The notes under the pieces are model-generated. The model searched no databases. It worked only from the letters and a program-made list of their open reading frames with translations, and was not told where the DNA came from. DNA of 64,000 nt from Capsulimonadales bacterium (GTDB lineage Bacteria > Armatimonadota > Armatimonadia > Armatimonadales > Armatimonadaceae): the NCBI GenBank assembly GCA_033762295.1, contig JANRLW010000071.1, positions 8,378 to 72,377 on the forward strand, read 5' to 3'. The position numbers and the translations under genes were made by a program. Position 1 is the first letter of the stretch; each line of letters begins with the position of its first letter. Shown one piece after another: positions 9,621 to 17,678 of the stretch.

Positions 9621-10574
9621 TCAGAAATCCGTCCCGCTTCCCTCCGCCTTCGCCTTTTCGTAGACCAGAGCGGCGACCGCGATATCCTCCAGCGCGATCC
9701 CGAGAGATTTGAACAGGGTGATCTGATCGAGGTCCGTTCGGCCTTTTTCCCGCCGCGCGGCAATGGCGGACAGCGGATACGCCTGATCCCAGGAGAACAA
9801 ACGCTTCTCATAGGCGAAGATTAACTCGGCCGCCTCCGCTCGCGCCTGCGCCATATCGTCGACAACGACAATGTCCGCGCGGCCGACCACCTGCTCCTCG
9901 ATCTCACGGGCGGTCAGACGATTGGCGCCAACCGCCGCGACAAAATGCCCCTCGGTGAGCCAGTCCGCCATCAGAATCGGGTCCGTCGCCGTGGTCGCGC
10001 ACAGGACGACCTGGGTGCCGCGCACCGCTTCTTCGGCGCTCGTCCGGGGCGTAAATCGAACGTTGGCTCGACGGGTCATCTGCTGGCAGAAGCGTTCCCG
10101 ACGCACGAAATCCCGGCTGTAGACGAATACCTCGCGCAGGTTCGGGCAGGCAAGGAGAATCGCTTCCGCCTGCGCCTGCGCCTGATACCCCGACCCGAGC
10201 AATGCCGCAAAGTGGGAATCCTTCCGCGCCAGATAGCGGGCGGCAACCCCGGTCGCCGCGCCGGTGCGCACCTGACCGAGTTTGTTTCCCTCAATCAGCG
10301 CCAGCAGTTCCCCCGATTCCGACGAAAAAAGGAGAACATAAAAACGCACCTCCCGACCGAACGAGGTATAGGTTTTGGTGCCCATATACCCTTTTCCGGG
10401 AAGCGCGGCCGCCATATGGTGCATGACCCCGTGCGGCAGGAAGAAACGTTGACGAGACTGGGTGGCAGTGCCATCTCCCGAACTCAACGCGCTGAAAGCC
10501 GATTCCAGAGCGCCGATGGCGTCCGACATGGTGATCAGCCGTTGTACATCATTTTCCGATATGAATAGTGGCAT
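9621..10574 (-). CDS. ornithine cyclodeaminase / mu-crystallin family protein
   Basis: RTGAA, GSGYQA, AVGAN, TLFKSLGIALED. Confidence 0.9.
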   Translation of the reverse strand: MPLFISENDVQRLITMSDAIGALESAFSALSSGDGTATQSRQRFFLPHGVMHHMAAALPGKGYMGTKTYTSFGREVRFYVLLFSSESGELLALIEGNKLGQVRTGAATGVAARYLARKDSHFAALLGSGYQAQAQAEAILLACPNLREVFVYSRDFVRRERFCQQMTRRANVRFTPRTSAEEAVRGTQVVLCATTATDPILMADWLTEGHFVAAVGANRLTAREIEEQVVGRADIVVVDDMAQARAEAAELIFAYEKRLFSWDQAYPLSAIAARREKGRTDLDQITLFKSLGIALEDIAVAALVYEKAKAEGSGTDF

Positions 10575-10635
10575 GCCTTTATTGTGGCAGATTCGCCCCG
10601 GACATCCACATCCGCCAGCGTCATACAAATTACGG

Positions 10636-11949
10636 TTAAAAACTATAATTCGTCTGCGTGTAAATCCAGGTGCTGGGGTGCGAATCCCCGCCGTTCACCG
10701 AGCGAACGAACCGTCCCGGCAGAAAGCGGGCGATCCCTCCGCTGACGGTGACCCGATCGGTGGCGCGAACGCTGCCGTATAGATCGAACTCCCGCCCTAT
10801 GTCCGTGCCTGCCGCGCCCGACGGGTCGCGTAACGCCTTCCCGGTCCGATTCCGGTTCGGCGCACCGTTATCCGCGTACCAGAAGTCGCGCGGATCGGCG
10901 AGACGGAAACGATGCCCTTCCAGCGTCACCGTCCCACGCGCATTCGGACGGATTCTCCATCGCAGACAGAGATCCGTCATGTTGCGCCAGCCCTGAACGT
11001 CCGCGATGCCGTAGAGGAAATGGTTGTTCGGGAACATCTGGTCGAACGTGCCGTAGCGTCGCGGGTTCGCCGGATCGCCGCCGGTGGCGAATGCGAATTC
11101 GCCCCATACCCGCATCGGCAGGCGACCGCCGATTTCCCTTCCGGCCTCGACGTACCCGGCGGCGGCCCGGATCTCCTTCCCCGCGTTCCGCCCGATCTGC
11201 CCCGCCAGTTCCACCGTTCCGGACCAGTCGCCGGCATGGCGCTCCGTTCGCATTCCGAACGTCCGAACGGCGACGCCGTTCCCGGAAACCCGATCGGTCT
11301 TGCTCAGGATATAGAGTTCCGACCGGTGTCGGCTGTCCGGGGAAAGGGTCGCATAGATTCCGGCGAGGTACGGGGCATTTGCCTGGTTCGCCGCCTGCCC
11401 GAGGCGTCCGGCGAAGAGATCGATCCGGCTCGTCCCTGACCGGAATCGTCCCCATCCGGCGTCGAAGGCACGTCCGCAGTAGGTCCAGCCCGAGGCCGCG
11501 ATCAGGCGTCCCCCGCCGTATTCCAGTTCCTGCCGTCCCGCCCGCCAGGCCCATCGATCGCCGAACGCCCCTTCCAGCAACGCCTGATGAAAGTCGATCG
11601 TCTCCCGACGGACGTTTCCGGTGGCCGGCAACGCGCCCGTGATCTGCCGGAAAGAAACCTGTGGCTGGAACAGGAAACCGATCCTGGTCGTGGGGGCAAC
11701 GCGTTCCGGACGCAGAGAAAGGCGGAGCCGGGAATAGGTGAAATCCGGGTCGTCACCGGAACCCGAACGATAATCGGCGAAGGTCCGGGATTCGAGCCGT
11801 GTCCACCCGTCGACCGCAACGCGAAACGATACGGGAACGGGTCGGCGGTTCGTCCGGTCCGGCAGCCTCTGAGCGGCGGACGGCAACACCGGAGCGCAAA
11901 GACAGAGCGTGAGAAGTCCGTTCCGGAGGACGGCAAGTTTCGATCCCAT
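10636..11949 (-). CDS. alginate-export-family outer membrane beta-barrel
   Basis: Signal peptide, GRQELEYG...RAFD, DIGREFD, C-terminal YSF beta-signal. Confidence 0.8.
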   Translation of the reverse strand: MGSKLAVLRNGLLTLCLCAPVLPSAAQRLPDRTNRRPVPVSFRVAVDGWTRLESRTFADYRSGSGDDPDFTYSRLRLSLRPERVAPTTRIGFLFQPQVSFRQITGALPATGNVRRETIDFHQALLEGAFGDRWAWRAGRQELEYGGGRLIAASGWTYCGRAFDAGWGRFRSGTSRIDLFAGRLGQAANQANAPYLAGIYATLSPDSRHRSELYILSKTDRVSGNGVAVRTFGMRTERHAGDWSGTVELAGQIGRNAGKEIRAAAGYVEAGREIGGRLPMRVWGEFAFATGGDPANPRRYGTFDQMFPNNHFLYGIADVQGWRNMTDLCLRWRIRPNARGTVTLEGHRFRLADPRDFWYADNGAPNRNRTGKALRDPSGAAGTDIGREFDLYGSVRATDRVTVSGGIARFLPGRFVRSVNGGDSHPSTWIYTQTNYSF

Positions 11950-12120
11950 ACCGAGTAATCCTCATTTTCGATGGTTGTCTTGCCGCGCCGGAAGCCGGAA
12001 ACCGGGGCGGAACATCGCCCCTTCCCCCTCTATCCTTTCATCGTTTGTTCCGTCGGGCATCGCCGGTTCGGCGGATTGGCAGGCGGATTGGCAGGGGTCG
12101 ATTTGCCTGAGCGAATTGCC

Positions 12121-12149
12121 TTGACACCGGGAAACGACCATGGTACACT
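12121..12149 (+). promoter_or_regulatory. sigma70-type promoter of rplJL
   Basis: TTGACA (12121-12126), 17 nt, TACACT (12144-12149) preceded by TGn. Confidence 0.85.
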
Positions 12150-12174
12150 CCACCCCGGACAACGATTTTGCGCC

Positions 12175-12300
12175 TTCCCCGTAGACAGCCGGTGCGTTTT
12201 CCGAACGCTTAAGGACCGTTGAGGTCGCCTGCCGAGGTGAGATGGCCCCGATTCGCTTTTCGACAGGACGATTCGTTCCTGCCGTGAGCGTCTGCGTATG
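12175..12300 (+). ncRNA. ribosomal protein L10 leader (autoregulatory 5' UTR)
   Basis: CCGTAGACAG...CTTAA...CCTGCCGAGG, the characteristic L10-leader core, directly upstream of rplJ. Boundaries approximate. Confidence 0.8.
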
Positions 12301-12301
12301 G

Positions 12302-12338
12302 GCCCCCGATCCTCCTAAGGGTCGGGGGCTTTTCGTTT
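12302..12338 (+). terminator. intrinsic terminator / attenuator in the L10 leader
   Basis: GCCCCCGATCC-loop-GGGTCGGGGGC followed by TTTTCGTTT, before the rplJ start. Confidence 0.75.
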
Positions 12339-12388
12339 GCGCCCCGTTCCGGCCGTCAGGTCGTGCGGGGCAAGGGAGTATCCTTATC

Positions 12389-13408
12389 ATGCCGATCGCA
12401 AAAAAAGACGCGAGCCGGAAAGCCGATGTCGTTTCGGATGTTCAGGAAAACCTTCGCGGTTCCCAGGCGGTGATACTCGCCGAGTATCGCGGCCTGACCG
12501 TGGCGCAGACCAGCGACATTCGGAAAAAATTGAAACCGAGCGGGACCAACTTCGCGGTCGTTAAGAACACTCTGTTCAAGCGCGCCGCGGAAGGTCTGAT
12601 CGACCCCGATCCCGGTCTTGATGCGAGCCTCAACGGAACGACCGCCGTCGCCTTCGCGCAGAAGGATGCCGTCGAAACGGCCAAATTGGTTCTGGAGTAT
12701 ATCGCCGCCAACCGTAACACCCCGTTCAAGGTCAAAGGGGTGGTGGTCGGACGGCGGTTCTTCCCCGGCGACCGCCTGGAAGCTCTGTCCAAAACCCCGC
12801 CGCGCGAACAGCTTCTCGCCGAGGCGCTCGGATATATCCAGGCTCCGCTCTCCGGTTTTGTCGGCGTGCTGAACGGCGTCCTTCGGGATACCGTCACCAC
12901 GCTTCAGGCTATCGTCAACGATTTCGTCTACACGCTTCAGGCCATTGTCGACAAGATGCAGGCCGAAGGAATTACAAACGAGGGTAAAACCATGGCACTC
13001 ACCAAAGAACAACTGATCGAAGGCATCGAAAATATCACGGTTCTGGAGCTGGTCGAACTGGTCAAGCAGCTTCAGGAGAAGTTCGGCGTTTCCGCGGCGG
13101 CCCCGATGCCGATGATGCCGATGGGCGGCATGCCGATGCCCGGAGCGGGCGCGGCTCCGGCCGGCGGCGCTCCGGCCGCTCCGGTCGAGGAAGAGAAGAC
13201 GACCTTTGACGTTATCCTGTCCGCGGCAGGCGACAAGAAGATCGCCGTTATCAAGGTCGTGCGCGAAATCACCGGGCTGGGTCTGAAGGAAGCCAAGGAA
13301 CTTGTCGATAGCGCGCCCAAGGCTGTCAAGGAAGGCGTCAACAAGGACGAGGCCGAAAAGTTCAAGGCCATGCTGTCCGGCGAAGGCGCCACCGTCGAAC
13401 TGAAGTAA
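12389..13408 (+). CDS. rplJ: 50S ribosomal protein L10, reading in frame without a stop into L7/L12 (339 aa fused ORF)
   Basis: [22 protein letters not shown]. No in-frame stop until 13406-13408. Confidence 0.9.
   Translation: MPIAKKDASRKADVVSDVQENLRGSQAVILAEYRGLTVAQTSDIRKKLKPSGTNFAVVKNTLFKRAAEGLIDPDPGLDASLNGTTAVAFAQKDAVETAKLVLEYIAANRNTPFKVKGVVVGRRFFPGDRLEALSKTPPREQLLAEALGYIQAPLSGFVGVLNGVLRDTVTTLQAIVNDFVYTLQAIVDKMQAEGITNEGKTMALTKEQLIEGIENITVLELVELVKQLQEKFGVSAAAPMPMMPMGGMPMPGAGAAPAGGAPAAPVEEEKTTFDVILSAAGDKKIAVIKVVREITGLGLKEAKELVDSAPKAVKEGVNKDEAEKFKAMLSGEGATVELK
12992..13408 (+). CDS. rplL: 50S ribosomal protein L7/L12 (internal start)
   Basis: SD GAGGGT (12980-12985) 6 nt before [13 protein letters not shown]...[32 protein letters not shown]. 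Confidence 0.95.
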   Translation: MALTKEQLIEGIENITVLELVELVKQLQEKFGVSAAAPMPMMPMGGMPMPGAGAAPAGGAPAAPVEEEKTTFDVILSAAGDKKIAVIKVVREITGLGLKEAKELVDSAPKAVKEGVNKDEAEKFKAMLSGEGATVELK

Positions 13409-13456
13409 CCGATCTCCCTTACGGCCTGTTTCGGCAGGCTGTATTCAAACCGTCGC

Positions 13457-13484
13457 AAAGCCCGACCCTTCCCGGTCGGGCTTT
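13457..13484. terminator. bidirectional terminator between rplL and alr
   Basis: AAAGCCCGACC-CTTCCC-GGTCGGGCTTT between convergent genes. Confidence 0.75.
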
Positions 13485-13489
13485 CGTCA

Positions 13490-14641
13490 TTACGCCTCGT
13501 CACGGTAGATTCGAGCGATGTGCGCACCCGTCGCCAGACGCAACGCCGGAATCGTCGCCTCATCTCCCACCCCGATCTCCGGCAGGTCGGTTACGTCGAC
13601 CACGGTCAGTTGCATCGAAACCCGCCCCAGAACGGGCGCGGACTTGCCGCCGAATTGCACCGATAGCGTTCGCCGATACTTCCGGGCCAGCAGTTTGAAG
13701 GGGGATTGCCGCCAGATCGGCCCTTCCGGCGCGAGCGTGAATCCGTCGGCGTACCCGACCGGCAGAATCGCGGCGCGGGTCGGGCGTTTGGTCACCGCCT
13801 CTCCGCCATACCCGACGGCGGTTCCGGTTGGCAACTCCCGCACGGACACCACCCGTGCGATCAGTTCCCAGGTCTTTTGCAGGTTCAAGCTCTTCGGAAC
13901 GGACGCCGACGGATACTGACCGTAGAGCAACGTGCCGATCCGCACCATGTCGAAATGCGCCTCCGGAAACCTTAACGCCGCCGCGCTGTTGGCCGCATGC
14001 GCCCATCCGAAGGCGATCTTCTCCGCCTGAAGGTGTGCCAGCGTCTCCTTGAAGACGACCAGTTGCCGACGGCAGGCCGCCGGGTCGCTCTCGCTCGCCG
14101 TGGCGAAATGGGTGAAGATACCCGTCGGCGTCACTCCGTAGATGCCGGCCAGGGCGCGGAAAAATCCGGGGGTCGCCTCCGGCAGCAGGCCGAGACGCCC
14201 CATTCCCGTATCGACTTTTACATGGACCAGCGCCTGCTTTTCCTGTCGCCGCGCCGCCGCCGCCAGCGCCTGACACAGTTCCAGGCTATCCGCCGCGCAA
14301 ATCAGATCGTACCGTACCGCCGCCTCGGAATTCTCCGGCAAAATCGGCGCCATGACCAGAATCGGGGCATCCAAGCCGCCCTGTCGGAGGGTCAGCGCCT
14401 CATCGATCCGGGTGACGCCCAGCATATCCGCCCCCGCCGCCAGGAACGCCCGCGCCGGTTCGACATACCCATGCCCGAACCCGTTGCCCTTGACCACCGC
14501 CAGAATCCGCACCGGAGACGGCACCGTGCGGCGCACCTCGGAGAAGTTGTGACGAAGGGAAGGTAACGAAACCTCCACCCGCACGTCGGGAGTGATCGTG
14601 ATCGTATCCTCGGACTCGGAGGCAGGCAGGGAGGGAAGCAT
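13490..14641 (-). CDS. alr: alanine racemase family protein
   Basis: AVVKGNGFGHG (PLP Lys), HVKVDTGMGRLG, FTHFA, VGYG, GYADG. Confidence 0.88.
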   Translation of the reverse strand: MLPSLPASESEDTITITPDVRVEVSLPSLRHNFSEVRRTVPSPVRILAVVKGNGFGHGYVEPARAFLAAGADMLGVTRIDEALTLRQGGLDAPILVMAPILPENSEAAVRYDLICAADSLELCQALAAAARRQEKQALVHVKVDTGMGRLGLLPEATPGFFRALAGIYGVTPTGIFTHFATASESDPAACRRQLVVFKETLAHLQAEKIAFGWAHAANSAAALRFPEAHFDMVRIGTLLYGQYPSASVPKSLNLQKTWELIARVVSVRELPTGTAVGYGGEAVTKRPTRAAILPVGYADGFTLAPEGPIWRQSPFKLLARKYRRTLSVQFGGKSAPVLGRVSMQLTVVDVTDLPEIGVGDEATIPALRLATGAHIARIYRDEA

Positions 14642-14645
14642 CGGT

Positions 14646-15728
14646 TCAGGCTTCCTGAACCTGTTTCGTCGGCACCCGATTCCGGTTTTTCAGCGCGGTT
14701 CGGATTCGCGGCAACGCACGGGTCCAACCCCAGTACCAGACCGGCGAAAGAACCAGATCGTACTCGCCGACATACTCGACAAAACGGGGCCGGAACCCCT
14801 CCTTGAAGCGGTTCAAACCTTCCAGGTGAGCGTCTCCGGTGCCTTTCTTCGGCGAGACGCCCCGAAAATCGTACCACTTGCACCCCTGTTCCTTCGCCTG
14901 ACGGATCATCTCCCACTGGAGCAGGTGGGGTGCCATAACGTTTCGATTCCGGTTGGAGGACGCGCCGTACAGGTAACACGCCTTGTCCCCGAAAACGTAG
15001 TTAAAAACCCCGGCGATCGGTTCTCCCTCGAAATAGGCCAGAGAGACACGGGCGAACCCGGCGGGACTCAGGCAGTCCCACATGTCGAGGAAATACTTTT
15101 CGCTTCGGACGAGGAACCCGTCCCGTTCGGTGGTTTCGCGCAGCAGGGCGTAAAAGGCAGAAATTTCCTCGCGCCCCCCATGGCGAACGGTCACGCCCTT
15201 CCGGCCCGCAAGCCGAATGTTGTAGCGCCACTTCTCATGGAACGACGCCAGCAACTCGTCTTCCGTCCGTCCGGCAAGGTCCAGTTGCATGACACACTTC
15301 GGTTGTGTCCCGCCGAATCCGGTCGCGGCGATCGGTCGAAAGCCGACCGCGCGCAGGTTCGCGTCGCTCACCGTGTCTTCGATATCGACCGGGGGATCGA
15401 TCTTGATCAGGATCGCGCCGTGCTGACGCGCCGCCTGCTTCATGGCGTCGGTGAAGGAGCGAACGAGGTCGGCGTCTTTCGTGTCCAGAACCGGTCCGCG
15501 GGACGCATAGAGAATACATCGTCCCGTTTTCGGTATCGCCCGTTTGAGGAGAGAGACCGCCGCGATCGTTTCTCCGTCGCGTTCGGCGATCAGGCGGATC
15601 GGTTTCCAGCCCGCCCGGGCCTTGAGGTCGCCCCATTCCCAGGATTGCAGCAGATCGCCCCAGGAGAAGCGGGCGATGAAGTCGTTGAAGCGGGCACGGT
15701 CCTCCGTGCCCGCCACTTTCCATTGCAT
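14646..15728 (-). CDS. FemABX/MurM-family peptidoglycan aminoacyltransferase
   Basis: LLQSWEWGDLK, RGP, KWRYNIR, YLYGAS, YDFRG, GLNRFKEGF, EYVGEYD. Confidence 0.9.
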   Translation of the reverse strand: MQWKVAGTEDRARFNDFIARFSWGDLLQSWEWGDLKARAGWKPIRLIAERDGETIAAVSLLKRAIPKTGRCILYASRGPVLDTKDADLVRSFTDAMKQAARQHGAILIKIDPPVDIEDTVSDANLRAVGFRPIAATGFGGTQPKCVMQLDLAGRTEDELLASFHEKWRYNIRLAGRKGVTVRHGGREEISAFYALLRETTERDGFLVRSEKYFLDMWDCLSPAGFARVSLAYFEGEPIAGVFNYVFGDKACYLYGASSNRNRNVMAPHLLQWEMIRQAKEQGCKWYDFRGVSPKKGTGDAHLEGLNRFKEGFRPRFVEYVGEYDLVLSPVWYWGWTRALPRIRTALKNRNRVPTKQVQEA

Positions 15729-15776
15729 AGCCCCATTATACCGATTCCCCGGGCGGGGCCGCCCGGGGAAACCGCG

Positions 15777-16397
15777 TCAGAACTGGTAACCGAGGCGAAT
15801 CTGTGTTCCGTTCAGGTTGACCCGCTCATCGAAAATGCTCGGATGCGGGGCGAACGTGTAGTCCACTTCGCCGAACAGACCGTTCGGCAGGCTGGCGCCA
15901 AGCGCGATCTTGCCGCCGAGGGTGGTCCGATTCGTTCGCTGGGAGATCGGACGAAGATCCGTTTCACTGATGACGGTTTCCTGTTTCACGCGACCCCAGT
16001 AGATACCGACCCCGGTTCCGAAATACGGGCGGAAACCCTGCAGTTCGCCCTTCGGGTCGAGGGAGTACTTCGCCATCAATCCGACCCCGACCATGGACGC
16101 TTCCACCCGCCCGATGGTCGCTTCGCGATGGTTTTTAATACGGTTAAAGTAGTCGGCGTACACTTCGACCGTTGTCGGCAGAAACGCGTCGAACCGGCGA
16201 AGATTTGCCCCGATACCGAAGGAGAGGAAATTCGTCCCCAAAGCCTCTCTGGTATTTCCGTTGGACGGCAGGTACCCACCGATCCGCACCAGAAACGGTC
16301 CTCGCGGCCCCATCGTCTGCGCCTGTACGGCGCCGCTCCCGATCAGTGTCAATGCACCGATCGCGCACGCTCCTGCCATTGTCCTCAACAAAGCCAT
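15777..16397 (-). CDS. small outer membrane beta-barrel protein
   Basis: SD AGGAGG, signal peptide, PYFGTGVG, C-terminal LGYQF. Confidence 0.8.
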   Translation of the reverse strand: MALLRTMAGACAIGALTLIGSGAVQAQTMGPRGPFLVRIGGYLPSNGNTREALGTNFLSFGIGANLRRFDAFLPTTVEVYADYFNRIKNHREATIGRVEASMVGVGLMAKYSLDPKGELQGFRPYFGTGVGIYWGRVKQETVISETDLRPISQRTNRTTLGGKIALGASLPNGLFGEVDYTFAPHPSIFDERVNLNGTQIRLGYQF

Positions 16398-16533
16398 TCC
16401 AATCCTCCTGAGATTTCCAGCCAAACCGTTTTCTATGAAAGCCGTTCGGCAAAAAGCCCTATGGCTCCTTCTTTCCATTCGTTTTCCGAGCAAAACCCGA
16501 TTTCCTGACAAGGAGTAAGGAAGCATAGTTTCG

Positions 16534-17634
16534 CTATTTTACGACGGAGGACGTCGGGCGTAGCGAGGCGATCGTCACTTCGGCGGACGGATACTTTCGC
16601 CCGGTGCGCGTATCCCACATCATTAGCAGGACTCGCCCACCGACACCACCCGTATAACTGCCGGTGACAACCAGGGTAGCTCCGGCCTTCCGTCCGACCT
16701 CCGTCAGTTCCGGCCCCTCCTCCCGTTCGGGCCGATCCGGACGAAACGCCTCGGTGAGCAGACGCGCACCCTTGCGGTCGACGCTTTTGAAAAGTTCGCC
16801 TCGCCCTTGTTGCGCTGCGAGCAATAACTCCTCAAGAACGGCGCGAACGACCGGTTCCGGCACGGTACCCTCCCGACTGCCGCCGACCTGGCGGAGCGGA
16901 GCGACACCGATCCGGTACGGGGGCATCCGCAATCCGGGCGCGTCCGCCTTCGACATTGCCAGCGCGCCGGCGATCAGCCGGGCGGAGGCAAGGCGCAGGG
17001 CATCTCTCAGAGGATCTCCGGCGCGGTTACCGACGTAACCCGGCCTCGGCGTCAATCGTGCGTTCCCCCAGACACAGCCGCGGGCCCGGTCCATATCCCG
17101 GCCGCGCTGCGGCAGATCGGAGGCGTAGCGGGTGATCAGGGTGAGGCTCAGGACGCCTTCGGTGGACACATCCAGTTCCGTCGGCTCCCGGCGCGTCGGC
17201 TCCTCGGCGGTCCCGATCCCGACGGGCGACCGCAAAGCGCCCGTCGCCTCGGTCCGGGCCAGAAGCCGATCGTCCCCCCAGACCTCGAAATAGACGTACC
17301 CTCGCCCGCGCGACGCCTCCCGCTCCTCCCGCCCGACCGTCGCCCGGAAACGGACGAAATCACCGTTCAGCAGAACCGAAAGTTTCGATAGCTGCTCCCC
17401 CGGACGGATATTGGCGACCTCGGTAACCAGCGCCCGCTCGAATCGACGATCGGCCAGAGTCACGGTCCGTGACTCATACTTGCGGTAACCGCTCTGTCCC
17501 GCGGACAGCCCGTCCAGAAAGGCCGGCAGATCGATCGGGACCGGTTCCCGCACCGGGAGCGGTGTGAGCGGTGCGCCCTGAAACGGCGAAAGACCAGAGG
17601 CCAGGATGCAGAGAACCAGCCGGATAACGTCCAC
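16534..17634 (-). CDS. exported protein with NPCBM/NEW2-like domain and C-terminal CsgG/FlgO-like domain
   Basis: FRATVG...VYFEVWGD...LDVS...L...VWGNARL, then IGVAP...VDR...VGRKAGATLVVTGS...DTRTG. SD AAGGAG. Confidence 0.6.
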   Translation of the reverse strand: MDVIRLVLCILASGLSPFQGAPLTPLPVREPVPIDLPAFLDGLSAGQSGYRKYESRTVTLADRRFERALVTEVANIRPGEQLSKLSVLLNGDFVRFRATVGREEREASRGRGYVYFEVWGDDRLLARTEATGALRSPVGIGTAEEPTRREPTELDVSTEGVLSLTLITRYASDLPQRGRDMDRARGCVWGNARLTPRPGYVGNRAGDPLRDALRLASARLIAGALAMSKADAPGLRMPPYRIGVAPLRQVGGSREGTVPEPVVRAVLEELLLAAQQGRGELFKSVDRKGARLLTEAFRPDRPEREEGPELTEVGRKAGATLVVTGSYTGGVGGRVLLMMWDTRTGRKYPSAEVTIASLRPTSSVVK

Positions 17635-17678
17635 GTCGCACTCCTTCGCTGTATCTTATCGACACGGAACGGGTGTCG

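Noticed and set aside
12004..12021. GGGGCGATGTTCCGCCCC hairpin upstream of the porin as a fluoride riboswitch
   Set aside because: The downstream conserved pseudoknot segment is not evident and the gene context does not fit.
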